Below, piece by piece: positions 26,006 through 39,135 of a stretch of DNA of 64,000 nucleotides. The stretch is from Eledone cirrhosa. Taxonomy: Eukaryota. Under the pieces are notes generated by a model that made no database searches, had not been told where the DNA came from, and saw only the letters and a list, made by a program, of their open reading frames with translations. Position 1 is the stretch's first letter. Each line of letters begins with the position of its first letter. Where the stretch lies: NCBI GenBank assembly GCA_964016885.1, contig OZ024742.1, forward strand, positions 283,154,001-283,218,000. Reading direction: 5' to 3'. A program made the position numbers and the translations under genes.

Positions 26006-27697
26006 ATGGTGTGCAAAATTGGGGCATACATGAGTATGACAGATATTTCAGACAGTCGCATTTCTCATGTAATTATTGCTGTCTCCCTCAATTTTCCAAC
26101 ACCTTACTGCCACTTACCACTACTATCATCTCATACCCACCACCAACCCTTATTGTTCAGCATCACAACCACCATCACCACCACAACCACTGTCACTATC
26201 ACCATTGCTATCACATCAAACCTACCAACCTTGTTCAATATCATAACCACCACCACCACCACATCCACTACTACCACCACAAACACCACCACCACCACCT
26301 TTACCACCACCACCACCACCATCATGTACTATCAACAGGAAGGTGGAGAGGTAGGTAAATAGAAGAAGGGTGGGTAAGGTGGATGGTTGGTGGTCAGACA
26401 ACAATATCTAGCTTGTTAGCATGTTAAAGGGGTGGATGATTGCACTGGTTGTGGTCGTGGTGGGAGTGTTGGGAATAGCTAAGCCCTGGGGTAGATATGA
26501 ATCTGAAAAAAAAAAAAAAATATGGCGGTAGGGGGAGCATGCATGTTTGCTTGTGTGTTTTTTTTTTTCTAACACCCCTTTATCTAGATCTAGACACCTC
26601 TTAGGATCTCATTATAAAGCAATTAAGGATTGAAGCAAACCAGTCAGCTTGTTGTGGTTTTTGCTAGGGTAAGAGAGGTGGTGGTATGGGTGTAGTATAA
26701 ATAGGATTATGGCATGAGTCTAATGATTATGATGGTTGATCAGTCACAATAAATTGTCCTACACCCTGCCAGTCCTTCTTGCTCCTCACCCACCCACACA
26801 CATCCCACCCTAGAATATGATGCAGTGTGTCTGTGTTATGTTATGTGTTTCCTCACCAAAAACTCTTTAAAAAGTCATTTGAAAATAGCTTTTGTTAGAG
26901 ATGGAGTTATGTGTATATATGTATATGTGTATGTATGTATGTATGTATGTGTGTGTGTATGTATGTATGTGTATGTATGTGTGTGTATGTATGTATGTGT
27001 GTGTGTATGTATGTGTGTATGTATGTGTATGTATGTATGTATGTGTGCATGCATGTGTATGTAGAGATGGAGTTATGTGTATATATGTATATGTGTATGT
27101 ATGTATGTATGTATGTGTGTGTGTATGTATGTATGTGTATGTATGTATGTGTATGTATGTGTGTGTATGTATGTATGTGTGTGTGTATGTGTATGTATGT
27201 ATGTATGTATGTGTGCATGCATGTGTATGTATGTGTGTGTGTCTGTATGTATGTGTGTGTGTATGCATGTATGGATATATATGTAAATATCTATGTATGT
27301 ATATAAATACATATACACACAGATGTATATTTGTATGTATTGTTATTTGTCATTAGTATTATCATACATCATCACCATAGATTGACCCTTTCAGATACAT
27401 GTGCACACCCACACACACACACACGTACACACACACACACATACACACCCACACACACGTACACACACACACACATACACACACACACACATTTATTTAC
27501 CTATTCACTCCACACATTTATTATGACTGCTTTTGTGTGTTATGAATCAGTTTACATGGATTCTCACACAAACATATTCTAATAGTATGAAATCACAGTG
27601 ATCTATTCCACTTAGGCAGCTGATGAGGGCTTTACATACTGTTCATTGTCTTTTTTCATCTTATATATTTGCTTTCCATTTCTCTTGTGCAACAAAT

Positions 27698-27759
<62 letters not shown>

Positions 27760-27764
<5 letters not shown>

Positions 27765-27965
27765 TACTCAGCTGTAGAAATGAGATGATTGTGACTGGGG
27801 GTCCATATCATTCCACTGCAAAGTGGTCGTGTAGGTGCCATGGCAAAAAGCACCTAGCACTCACTGTAAATGAGGTTGGTGTTAGGAAGGGCATCCAGCT
27901 GTAGAAATCAAGCCAGAATAAGTTCCCGTCCCACCCTTGCTAGCAGGGAAAAGTGGACGTAAAAT
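27760..27965 (+). mobile_element. SINE B 3' part
   Basis: Homologous to 3247-3490. Confidence 0.85.
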
Positions 27966-27981
27966 GAAATGAAAAATGAAA

Positions 27982-28021
<40 letters not shown>

Positions 28022-28024
28022 GTG

Positions 28025-28062
<38 letters not shown>

Positions 28063-28063
28063 G

Positions 28064-28718
28064 ACACATTTTTCCAATGCAGGTGGGTTCTATAGAAGTG
28101 TTTGATAGCTTCCAGTACCTAGGTGATCAGATTAGCAGGGGGGTGTTCCGAGGCCATAGTATCTAGAATAAGGACGGGTTGGAAGAAGTTTAGGGCGCTG
28201 CTTCCTTTGTTGACAAAGAAGGGTTTCTCCCTGCGTACGAAAGGACAGTATATGATGCCTGTGTGAGATGTGCGATGCTGCATGGTAGAGAGACATGGGC
28301 AGCAACTGCAGAGGATATGCGACGGCTGGAGAGAAGTGAAGCAAGTATGCTCCATTGGATGTGCAGTGTAAATGTGCGTGAACGACCAAGCATAGACGAG
28401 TTGAGAAAGAAACTGGGTATAAGAGAGATATGTTGTGGTGTGCAGGAGAGAAGGCTGAGATGGTATGGACATGTGATGCGCATGGAGGTTGACCGCTGGG
28501 TAAAGAAGTGCCAAGAAATCACAGTAGAAGGAAGATGCAGTAGAGGTAGACCACGTAAAACATGGGCGGAGGTGGTGAGAGCAAACCTCAATTGCTGAAA
28601 CTCACCGAGGAGATGACGCAGGACTATGACAAGTGGAGAGATGCTGTGCTAAATAAGACCCATCCAACCCTTGCAAGCAGGGAAAAGCAGACGTAAAATG
28701 ATGATGATGATGATGATA
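28064..28718 (+). mobile_element. RTE LINE 3' fragment
   Basis: Close homolog of 1394-1871, extending further 5' (FQYLGDQISRG). Confidence 0.9.
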
Positions 28719-28844
28719 TATATAATGCATGATAGTACTTAGGACATTCAGCTCATGATTGGTGGCAGCAGCAGTGGTGGTTGCCCAATCTGTTAAGATG
28801 ACGCAAAATTTAATATAACGTGTGTCTGTGAAAGATACACCATG

Positions 28845-29245
28845 TCAGAACACAAAGGAACCAAACTCCCACTGTCACTGTCACTATCTCTCCTGCTCAC
28901 CCCATCTCTCACTATTATGAGCAATTGAGGGCCCATGTGCTGGCTGCCACATGGCCCCGGTGGACTGGCCACCCAAGCTGACAGTATAAAGGTGTTTCCC
29001 TGGAGAATGGTGAAGGAGCTGCACTGGAAGAACCATTCTAGCTCACAAGGCTCACACCTGCAGGTAGCCAATTCTGTGCCGATGGTGGTGAGTAGGGAGG
29101 TGGCCCTAGGGTCAAGGACACCAGAAGTCTCCACTGCTATGGGCTCGACTTCAAACCTGTCAGAGAGTGACCAATATTTGGAGAGTTTACCCTCCTCGGC
29201 TCGAAGTGCAGCACAGTTAGTCACACTGCCGCTATCTGGATGATG
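28845..29245 (-). mobile_element. CRE-like RLE 3' fragment
   Basis: AEEGKLSKYWSLSDRFEVEPIAVETSGVL...WFFQCSSFTILQGN. Confidence 0.75.
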
Positions 29246-30753
29246 GTGACCAACATTTTATCCTGCTGATGAAGCTATGAAGTTACTGAAATGTTGATAG
29301 ACTAATGGATTTAGGAATGCCAAACTAAATATAAAAGACTAAGGAAATATGAAAGAAAAACATCCTTTAAAACATTAAACTAAAATACAATTGTGTGTTT
29401 CATGTTTATTTGCACAAATATGTGTGTGTGTATTTATATAAGTATATATATATGTATGATGTGTGTGTGTGCTTATGTATATATATTTAATGGGTTGAGT
29501 ATTTTTGAAACACTTTTTTTCCATGACACAAAACAAGCCTACTCTTTACAATTAATTTATTTTAAATGACTTTTTTAAAGAGAAAAGTTAAAACTGTGAC
29601 CTGTCTTTGTAATTATTTGTGCATTTGCGTATATAAACAAACACATACTGTGTGTATGTAAGTGTTTGTTTGTGCATGTGAGTGTTTGTGCATGTATTCA
29701 TGTATACAGGCACATTATAATTTTAAGCAATTCCCTTTAAAAAAACACAGTCGTTTAAAAATTCATTATTGGTTGAAGCAATTTGTTTATGTAAGTTGCA
29801 AACTAGAAAGCATGTTGGCTTTTAATATAATTAAAATTGTGGGTGCCCACACAAATGAAATATATCTGGATGTGATAGATGGAAACATGATGTAGTTTAG
29901 GAGTTCTTTTTGTAACTATGTAGTTTACAGGCTCAGTCCTACTGCATAACACCTTGGGCAATTACCTTTTACTATAGCTTTAGGGTTTATCAATGCCTTG
30001 TGAGTGAAATTTGGTAGATAGAAACTGTACAGAAATCTGTTATTTTGGTCATTCAAAAACACAAAAGATATATTAAATTCGCTGTACATTTATAATTTAT
30101 TTCATAGTATTCTTTGCAACCTGGTCACTGACACACAGTCACTAAGAAATAAATGGTGAATGTAAAGGGAATTTAGCAGTTTTTGTGGGGTTTTTTTGTT
30201 TTTTTTGTTTTCTTTTCTTTTTTCTTTTTTTTTTAATGGCTAAAATGACTCTTCCATGACATGTTTGCCAAAATTTCAAAGCATTTGATATACATAACTG
30301 ACTTAAAAAGAAACCTCTGGCACTTCATGTGTGTGTGTGTGTGTATGTATGTGACAGAGCCATCTTATTCCTTTCATTACTATCTTTTTAATGAAAGATA
30401 CTGCCTATGAGTTTTAAATAATTTTGAAAAATATCCAGAATTAGGGGGGATTTGGTAATATAACTAATTATTTTTCTCCTTAAGCTGATGTTTATAGAAT
30501 ATAAATTATCATATAAGTTCTCACATAAAATTTATGATGGAATCTTTTTAGATAAATATAAACACTTTTGCTTTGGTATCAAATGGGTTAATCTCCCAGA
30601 CCCTTGGTTTGTGTGTGTATGTGTGTTTCTGTAGACAGAGCCCTCTTCAGTTGGAGACAGCCCCCTAGTGTAGCTGTCACTACTGGGTTCTGTTTAAAAT
30701 GGACTGAGTCAGTCTGATATTTCTGTGTGCACTGACCTTAACATTTTAAGAAA

Positions 30754-30829
<76 letters not shown>

Positions 30830-31774
30830 TCTTCTTACACCTCCTTCCACCACTATCCTTCTATTCTATCTCTATATCTCTGTATGTATACCTCACACCA
30901 TGCTGTTTCCTCAATTGCTGGTTTTCTTCCTCCTTCTCCACACACCCATCTTCCCTCTCCATTATGTCTTTATTATCAGAGGACCCTGGATTAAATGTCT
31001 CTCCTATCAGAGGTTCTTTAAATTGGCCTTTTTTAAAAAAAAAAAAAAAGAGTTAGACTAAAAGAAGGTGGGGAAGGTGGTGGGGAGAGACTAAATCCAA
31101 TTATTGAAACACCCTATGATACCCTTGTATGATATCTATCTAACCTTATTTATTAAACTACCTACAGCAAGCAGAGCAAGAACCCTAACCATAACCCTCT
31201 CACTCAGACTCCACATTTAGTGAGTGGTTGGGTTGGGTTGGGGTAGGGTTCACCAACAGTAATTTGGGCAACAGAAACAACAATAACAAAGCCTAAATCA
31301 CAATGTCTACCCCTCTTCCCACCTTGGTAGGATGTCTTTGTATCTATCTATATCAATCCATATATGTATATCTAGCTAGTTAGCTATCTATGCCTGCTGG
31401 TCATTTGTTATTGTTAGAGTTTATTTTAGAAGTGGCTATGTAGCCGGTAAGAGTATCAGACACCATGAGTTGCAGCCCTTGTTAAGACAATTAGAAATCT
31501 TTTCCACCATCAATTGTTAAAAAACAAGTTAAAATCATTTAGTCATCCAACATACGTTACGCTTTAGTTACATACACACACATCTACACGTAAATACATT
31601 AACAGATAAAGACAACAGAAGGAAGGGGCTGGTGAAACGCTATAGCGCTGTGTGTTGCGTCCCTTTAAGGTTTACAGGCTATATAGCCTATTAGTTTTTT
31701 GTTTTTTTTTAATATCGTAAGTCATCATCATCGTTTTTTGCAATACAAAATATCCAGTAATAAAAAAACTGTGT

Positions 31775-32245
31775 GGATTGTCAGCATCAGTAGAGCGTCG
31801 GACAACATGCTTAGGGGCATAGAGTTATGCCCCTTTACGTTCTGAGTTCAAATCATGCCAAGGTTAACTTTGCCTTTCATCCTACAGCGGTCGATAAAAT
31901 AAAGTACCAGTAATATACTGAGGTTGATTTAATCAACTTTCCTCTCCCCCAAAATTGTTGGCCTTGTGCCTAAATTAGAAACCCTTATACATGGCAATAA
32001 GGAATCAAAAAAGGAAAGGGAATTAACCCTTTAACATTTACATTACTCTATATCTACTAATGTATTTTCACAGTAAAGGCTTTATCTCACATAATTATCT
32101 CACATAATATTGAAGCTATGAGATTTTGATGTTATTTATTTTGAGAACAATACCTTAACATAAGTATGAATGGCTGGTTACAGCCAGTTTGAACAGAAAG
32201 AGATGAGAGAATTCTAGCCAGATATGGCTAGAATTGCTAGAGAGT
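31775..32245. mobile_element. SINE A (+, ~31775-31985) and piggyBac-like MITE (~32027-32244)
   Basis: Family motifs; TTAA-CCCTTTAACA...GCTAGAGAG-TTAA. Confidence 0.8.
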
Positions 32246-32299
32246 TAAGCAAAAAAAAAGGAAGAGGGGGAGAAGTGACAGGTTCTACACACCAGTTTA

Positions 32300-32720
32300 A
32301 GCAACATTTCAGCTGTGCCCTGTGGATAAAATGGCAATGGTATTGTGGCAGAGAATGGCCAGTGACACTCACTGCTACAGACTCTTCATCTCATAGGGCT
32401 CCTTCCTCAGGTGGGCTACTATCTTTCTGATTTTATAAAGGAAATCAGGAGTAGTGGGACGACTGAAGACACCTGAAGTCTCAACAGCAACTGGTATGAA
32501 AAAGAAGCAGTCATTCAAGCCCCAGTATTTAGTTATCTTCTTCTCTTCTGTGTTGCGGGCAGCCTTGATTTACAGCCAAAGTGACAAGGTTGGGGGCAGA
32601 GAATGAGGCCCATGTCATATCCCAGATTAGAGATTTACCTCCCTTGAAAGTTATTTTGTGAGGGAACTTACCATCACTTGGGTCAAGGCCAGTTGTTTCC
32701 GGTTGTGACAGGAAGCTAGC
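32300..32720 (-). mobile_element. Older CRE-like RLE domain fragment
   Basis: ETTGLDPSDGKFP...GGKSLIWDMTW...EEKKITKYWGLNDCFFFIPVAVETSGVF. Confidence 0.7.
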
Positions 32721-33695
32721 TGCATTGAGTCTTCTTCTTATGATGTAGTTTTTGTACTATTTACTAAAAGGAAATGAAGACATTGGATGATTCTAATTGG
32801 ATGAAATTACTTCAAATGCAGTCATTAAAGACCTGGAACTTTTTATTTATTAATTCTTTCTCTAAACATTTGTTGTGGTTTTCATAATCAGCTTGCAAAA
32901 CTACATCTGTGTACTAATTTTAAAAAAAAATGGGACATTTTGTCAAACCCTCTATGTAGTAGTTAAACTCACTAGACATAGAAGGTAAATTTCCTTCAAA
33001 TCACACCCACACTCCACGGTGGTGGTGGTAGAGGAGGAGGAGGAAATGTTTCACTTCCTTGTGGATGATTAGCTAAAACTTTTCTAGTGATGTTTGCTTT
33101 CTTTGTTTTTGAATATCACCACTGCCACAATAACCATCATCTCTACAACTACCACCAACACCATAACCACCAACAACAACACAGCAACCACCAACACCAC
33201 AACACCAGCAACATCTACTAGCATAACCACCACTGCTACCAACACCAACACTAATACCACCAGCACTACAACACTACCAATACCAACACCACAACAACTA
33301 CCATAAAAACAACCACCACAGCCACAATCTCTATACCACAAACTATATAATATATATATATATACAGTACATAGAAGAGAAGAAAAGGTGGAGGCAGTAG
33401 TGGGGGTGGATGGGGTAAAAGAGAGGGAGCAGGTGGATACAGAAGAGGAAGAGGGGGTGGAGGAAAACTGTTGTCTAATGAGCTGACTCCTACATAACCA
33501 AATAATCATGCTAATCTGTTTAAGAAATCTGTTTTCCAAAATCTTTCCATTTCAATTTCCAATGATACTTTTTGGAATGTTCCACAAGGAAATGTAATAT
33601 TGCTAACTACATTTGTACTGTTGGTTATTATTGTTACTATTATCATTATTATTGTTACTATTATCATTATTATTATTATTATTATTGTTGTTGTT

Positions 33696-33746
<51 letters not shown>

Positions 33747-34869
33747 TCTGTTGTTGGTGGTGGAGTTAGTGATGGCGGCAGTGTTTCTTCTATTGTTGAT
33801 GTTGATTGTGTTGTTGTTTGTGGTAGTGGTGATGGTTGTGGTGGTGGTGGTGTGTTTGTTGCTGTCTCTAGTTGTTACACACACTCAAAAAGTTTGCATT
33901 TCTTTCACTGTTATGCCATGGTATTGTGATGTAGTGTAGTGGTGGAGTGTTTTAGTGGTGGTGCATTTGTGTCATGTTGTTTTGGTGGTCTGGTAGTGGT
34001 AGTGGTAGTGGAGTGGTAGTATAATTGTGGTGTTGCATTGGTGTGGTAGTGTAGTAATTATGTAGTGATGTAGTGTGTTGTGGATCTCTGAAAACTGTCA
34101 TGGCAACTGCTGTTCTCTTTCTGACTAAACAGTAAAACTATTCATGTGTATCATAGATTGACTTAACTCCTTCCATACCAAACTGCCTGAAACTATCCCT
34201 GGTCTATGATACAAAACTGTCTGTTTTAAAGTGTTTATATCTAAAAACCTTACATCCATCATTATTTTATGTAAGAACTTTTACTAAGTTATGTTCCAAA
34301 AACCAGGTTAATAATTGTTTCTACATTTGAAAGGAAGGGGAAAGTCAATTAAATCGACTCCAGTGCATTACGGCTACTTTATTTTATTGACCCTGTAAGG
34401 ATGAAAAGCAAAGCTAACCTCAGTAGGACTTGAACTCAGAATGTAGAAGGTCGTACATAAATACAGCAAAGCATTTTGTCTGACACCCTAGCAATATTAC
34501 CAATCCATCGCCCATAAACAGATTAATGAGAAGGTCATTTTACTAAATAAATCTCTCCAAATTCTTGATTATTTTTTTAATTATTTTAAAATCAAATAAT
34601 GAGAAAATTTATTATTTTACTAAATATCTTCAATTTCTAGACAATTTTCAAAATTATTTGAAACAAATTAGACAATATCTTTCATTAGAAAATAGTAATG
34701 AAAGTGTTAACTCTTAGCATTACAGATTTTTGGCAGTTAAATGTAAATCTAGAAACTTCCCCTTGTAGTAACTACCTTATTGATATGCCTCTTCAATCCC
34801 CCTCTTTCTCCTTCTACTCCCCCCTCTCTCTCCTATATATATATATAGCTTCGTTAATGCTGTACTAAA

Positions 34870-34905
<36 letters not shown>

Positions 34906-35357
34906 TTCACTCTTGTTCTGTTAATGCCATAATATTTATCAACCAAAGCCTTAAAATTTGATCATTGTCCTTTGCTGCTATGCCATTTGGTTGAAGGAGC
35001 ACCAGAAACCAATTATTCCATCTAATGTACAGCTGAGGAATACCAAACTGCCTGAAACTGCCACTGGCTCTATGGCACAAAACTGTTTGTTTTTAATGAA
35101 AAACACTACGTAGGATTTTCAAATCATTTTGAAAGTAATCCAGAATCTGGAGGAATTTTGTAATATAATTGACTTTCACATTATTAAGCTGGAGTTTGGA
35201 ACATAACCCTTTTGTCACCATATTTATAATGAAAGTTTGCCTAGAATTTTCAAATTATTTGGAAAATAATAAAGAATCTGGAAGGATTTAGTAATATAAC
35301 AACTTTCTTCCTTGGTTTGTACACTTGTTTGAAAAAGATATCACTGCTTAGAGCAGT

Positions 35358-35408
<51 letters not shown>

Positions 35409-36974
35409 GATTATATAGCAGAACAGAGAGGGGTGGGGGGTGGGAGAAACTTGGAAAGGAAGAGCGACAGAAAAGGAGAGAAATGAAAAGGGAGAGAGAG
35501 ACTTTGCTTGAGCTGCTTGGTCAAACACAATCCTTAAATGCTAGGAGGATTCCAAGATTATATATTTTTCTCTGTCTCCATAACTATTCATATCCCCAGG
35601 AGAGTAGTAGAGTAAGGAAGAGGAGTACACAACCACTGGTTGATAGAGGGGGGGGGGAATGCTTTAGAATCAGAGGAGATGGGAGGGAGAGAGAGACAGA
35701 GAGAAGTGGGGAGAGAATAAACAGAACAAGGAAGCTTATTTTTGTGTGCAATGGTATATGTGGTATGGTGGGATGTGTCTGGCTGTGTGTGTGTTTAGGG
35801 AGGTTTGCTTTAGAGTTTAAAAGGAAAGGAAGGGGGAGTTAACTCAGTCATATGTCCTGATCAAATGATTCTGACAAGGTTCTTTTTTATTTCAACTAGG
35901 GCTGAAAGGGATTAGTGGGCTAAATGTGTTTTCCCATACACACTTAGGACAGGCATCAGTGGAGGTAGTTTTGGGATTGGGATGTTGTTGGAGAGATTAA
36001 TGCTGCTTCACCGACATTGTGACACTAATAGGGACCTTCAGCCCCCCCCCCCCCCCCCGCTCTCTCTCATTCTCTCTCACTCTCCCTCCCTCTCTCTTTC
36101 TTTCCCTCCCTCTCTCTCTCTCTATATATATATATATACATATATATCATGCTTCTAAATCTCCCCTCTCCCTCTCTCCTCCTCTTTCACCCTCTCCCTC
36201 TCTCTCCTCCTCTTTCACCCTCTCTGGCTCTCTCTCCTCCTGTTCCCAACTCATCTCTAACATTTTACTTGTTGCACTGTTAAACAAATTGTTTCCACCC
36301 CACTACTAAAACTATACCTACCTAGCTCTACTTCACCTCCATCACTCCCTCCCCTCACACACACCACCATCACACTTCTTCCTTATATACTACAACAAAA
36401 TCAAAATTTAAAAAAATCACCTCACCATAATTACAACACCACCACAAGAGCACAATCTTACCACGGTCCCAACACCACCACCATCACCACAAAAACATCG
36501 TCTTACCACAATCCCAACAAAAGCACCATTTCACCTCAATCCCAACACACCCACCACCACTACCACCACCACCAAGACCAAGAACAATGCCATCTTACCA
36601 CAATCCCAACACCATCGCCTCAACAACAACAACACAATATTACCACAGTTTCAACACCACCACCACCACAAAACATCGTCTTACCACAATCCCAATAGCC
36701 CCAACACCACAAGAACAAGACCATCTTACCATAATCCTAACACTATCACCTCAACAACACCATCTCACCACAATCCCAGCACCACCACCACAACAACGCA
36801 ACAATGCCAGCACCACAATAGCAACAATCACCGCAACACCAAGAAATAGAGTGGATGAAGTAGCCTTTCTCTGGTCACCCGATCAGTTAACATTAGTGGT
36901 CAAATCACACGAAACAGTCTCTAAAAAGATAAGGTTATATTGAACAATGTAATCATAGATACACATAAGATATG

Positions 36975-37300
36975 GAAACACTACGTCGGTTACAACGACG
37001 AGTGTTCCAGTTGATCCAATCAATGAGACAGCCTGCTCGTGAAATTAACGTGCAAGTGGCTGAGCATTCCACTGACATGCGCACCCTTAACTTAGTTCTC
37101 AGAGAAATTCAGCGTGACACAGAATGACAAGGCTGGCCCTTCAAATTTACAGGTATAACTTATTTTTGCCAGCTGGGTGGACTGGAGCAACAAGAAATAA
37201 AGTATCTTGCTGAAGGACACAACACGTCGTCGGGAATCAAACTCACGACCTTACGGTTTTGAGCCGAATAGCCTAAACACAAACCCACACACCTTCACAA
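36975..37300 (-). mobile_element. tRNA-headed SINE family D (other copies ~14925-15140 and ~59745-59990)
   Basis: GAAATTAACGTGCAAGTGGCTGAGCA core with a B-type head. Confidence 0.8.
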
Positions 37301-38689
37301 ATAAGATATACACATACGATATATACATACGATATACACAAAAAATGACAGGTTAGTCATGGCTGGAATGTCTTTGGAACATAGTACAATTTTATCTGGG
37401 CTGACTTGGGATCTAGACAACAACAACAACACCATCACCAGCGGTAGTTGTTGATGTGTTAGCTGTGGCATTTATTCCTTCTCTTACACCAGCTGGTTTC
37501 ACACTGTATTAGATTCAGAGTTGGGAACAGGTACTTCCTGAACACCACCACCAGATTCTCTCTCTCTCTCTCTCTTCCTCTATCTCTCTTTCTCCTCTCC
37601 TCTCTCCCCCACACTTTTCTTTTCTCTTTTCCTCCCTTATTGTATGTCTCTCTTTCTCTTCCTCCTCTCCCTCTTCCTTTTTTTCTTCCCACTCTCCTTC
37701 TCTTCCTTTTTTCTTCTTCCCACTCTCCTTCTTTTCCTCTCTTCCTCTCCATCTCTGAATATCAGTCTGTCTCTTCCCTATCCCTTTCTCTCCCCTTCTT
37801 TTCCTCCCTCCTTCTCTGCTCTGTTTCTCTCCCTCTCATGTTCTTCCTTTCTCTCAGTATACATACATGTACACACTTGTAACAGGATAATCTCTCCCTT
37901 GTTTTCAGGTAACAAATATGTCAATGAACGTCTGTACTCAGAAACGCATTTATGCATGCACGCCCATATACATGCGAGCTCTTGGGCACACATGCACACA
38001 CATGTATACATACATACATACAAAGATACACACATACAGAGATATGTATTTTCAACACACATATATGCATACATACATGCATACACACAGAGATTTGTAT
38101 TTTCAACAAACAGGCATATGTGTATTCAATACACACACCCATGCAATACATACATACATACACACATATGCATACATACATACGTACATACACACATATG
38201 CATACATACATACATATGCATACATACATACATATATACGTACGTACTTACATATGTATGTATTCAATATGCACTCAAATACACACATACATGTGTGTAT
38301 TCAATACACATACTTACACATGCACACACACTCACACATAAATACATATGTATATTCAACACACACTCATATGCACACGTGTGTGTGTGTGAAAATGTGT
38401 ATATAGGCAACATATTATATTGAAAACATAACTGTATTTAAATTAAATCGTTTATATTAACTTGAGAAGTACAAAAAAAGCATTGCGATTGCATAACATT
38501 AAAAATTACGAATTTTACTTTATATTTTTTTGCAAATTTTCATAAAGATCTGACCACTAATAAAGATACTATAAACATTGGAATTAACAAACCAATTTTT
38601 AGATATTTTCTGCTAGATTATTATAGGATTTTTCGAGTTAGTATTAGTTCATATTTTCTTTTGAAAAATATCATCACCACCATCATCAT

Positions 38690-39135
38690 TGTTATGATCA
38701 TCTTTACATGCTTGCATGGATTAGATAAGTTCTTTCTCCAGCACAGCTTTCTTACACCTGTTACGTTGCTTCATCATCTCCTCTATGAGGTTCAACATCC
38801 TGAAATAGCTCCCATTATTTCTACCCAAATATCCCTCGGTCTTCCTTGCACATGGCTTCCTTATACATGAAACTCCCAGTACTACTTTTTTTTACTCAAC
38901 TGTCATCATCTATACACATCACATGTCCGTATCAGACACAATCTTCTCTCTTGCATGCTACATTGGATTCCTTTTATACCTAGTTATTTTTTTTCTCAAC
39001 TCACCTGTGCTTCATTGTTCATGCACACTAACATTACACCCCCAACAGAGCATACTCGCCTCGTTTCTTTTTAACCTTTGCACATTGTCCATATCAAATG
39101 CCTGTGTCTTATTACTATGCAGCATTGCATGACCT
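38690..39135 (-). mobile_element. Degenerate RTE fragment
   Basis: Similarity to 1394-1871 (CATCACATGTCC.T, AGCATACTCGCCTC). Confidence 0.65.

Noticed and set aside
27615-27700. CTGATGA/CTGAAGA hits at 27620, 29266 and 25265
   Set aside because: They lack a properly placed GAAA or a pairing stem I, so I cannot call them hammerheads.
34096-34122. miR-281-like TGTCATGG
   Set aside because: Seed-only match with no complementary 5p arm.
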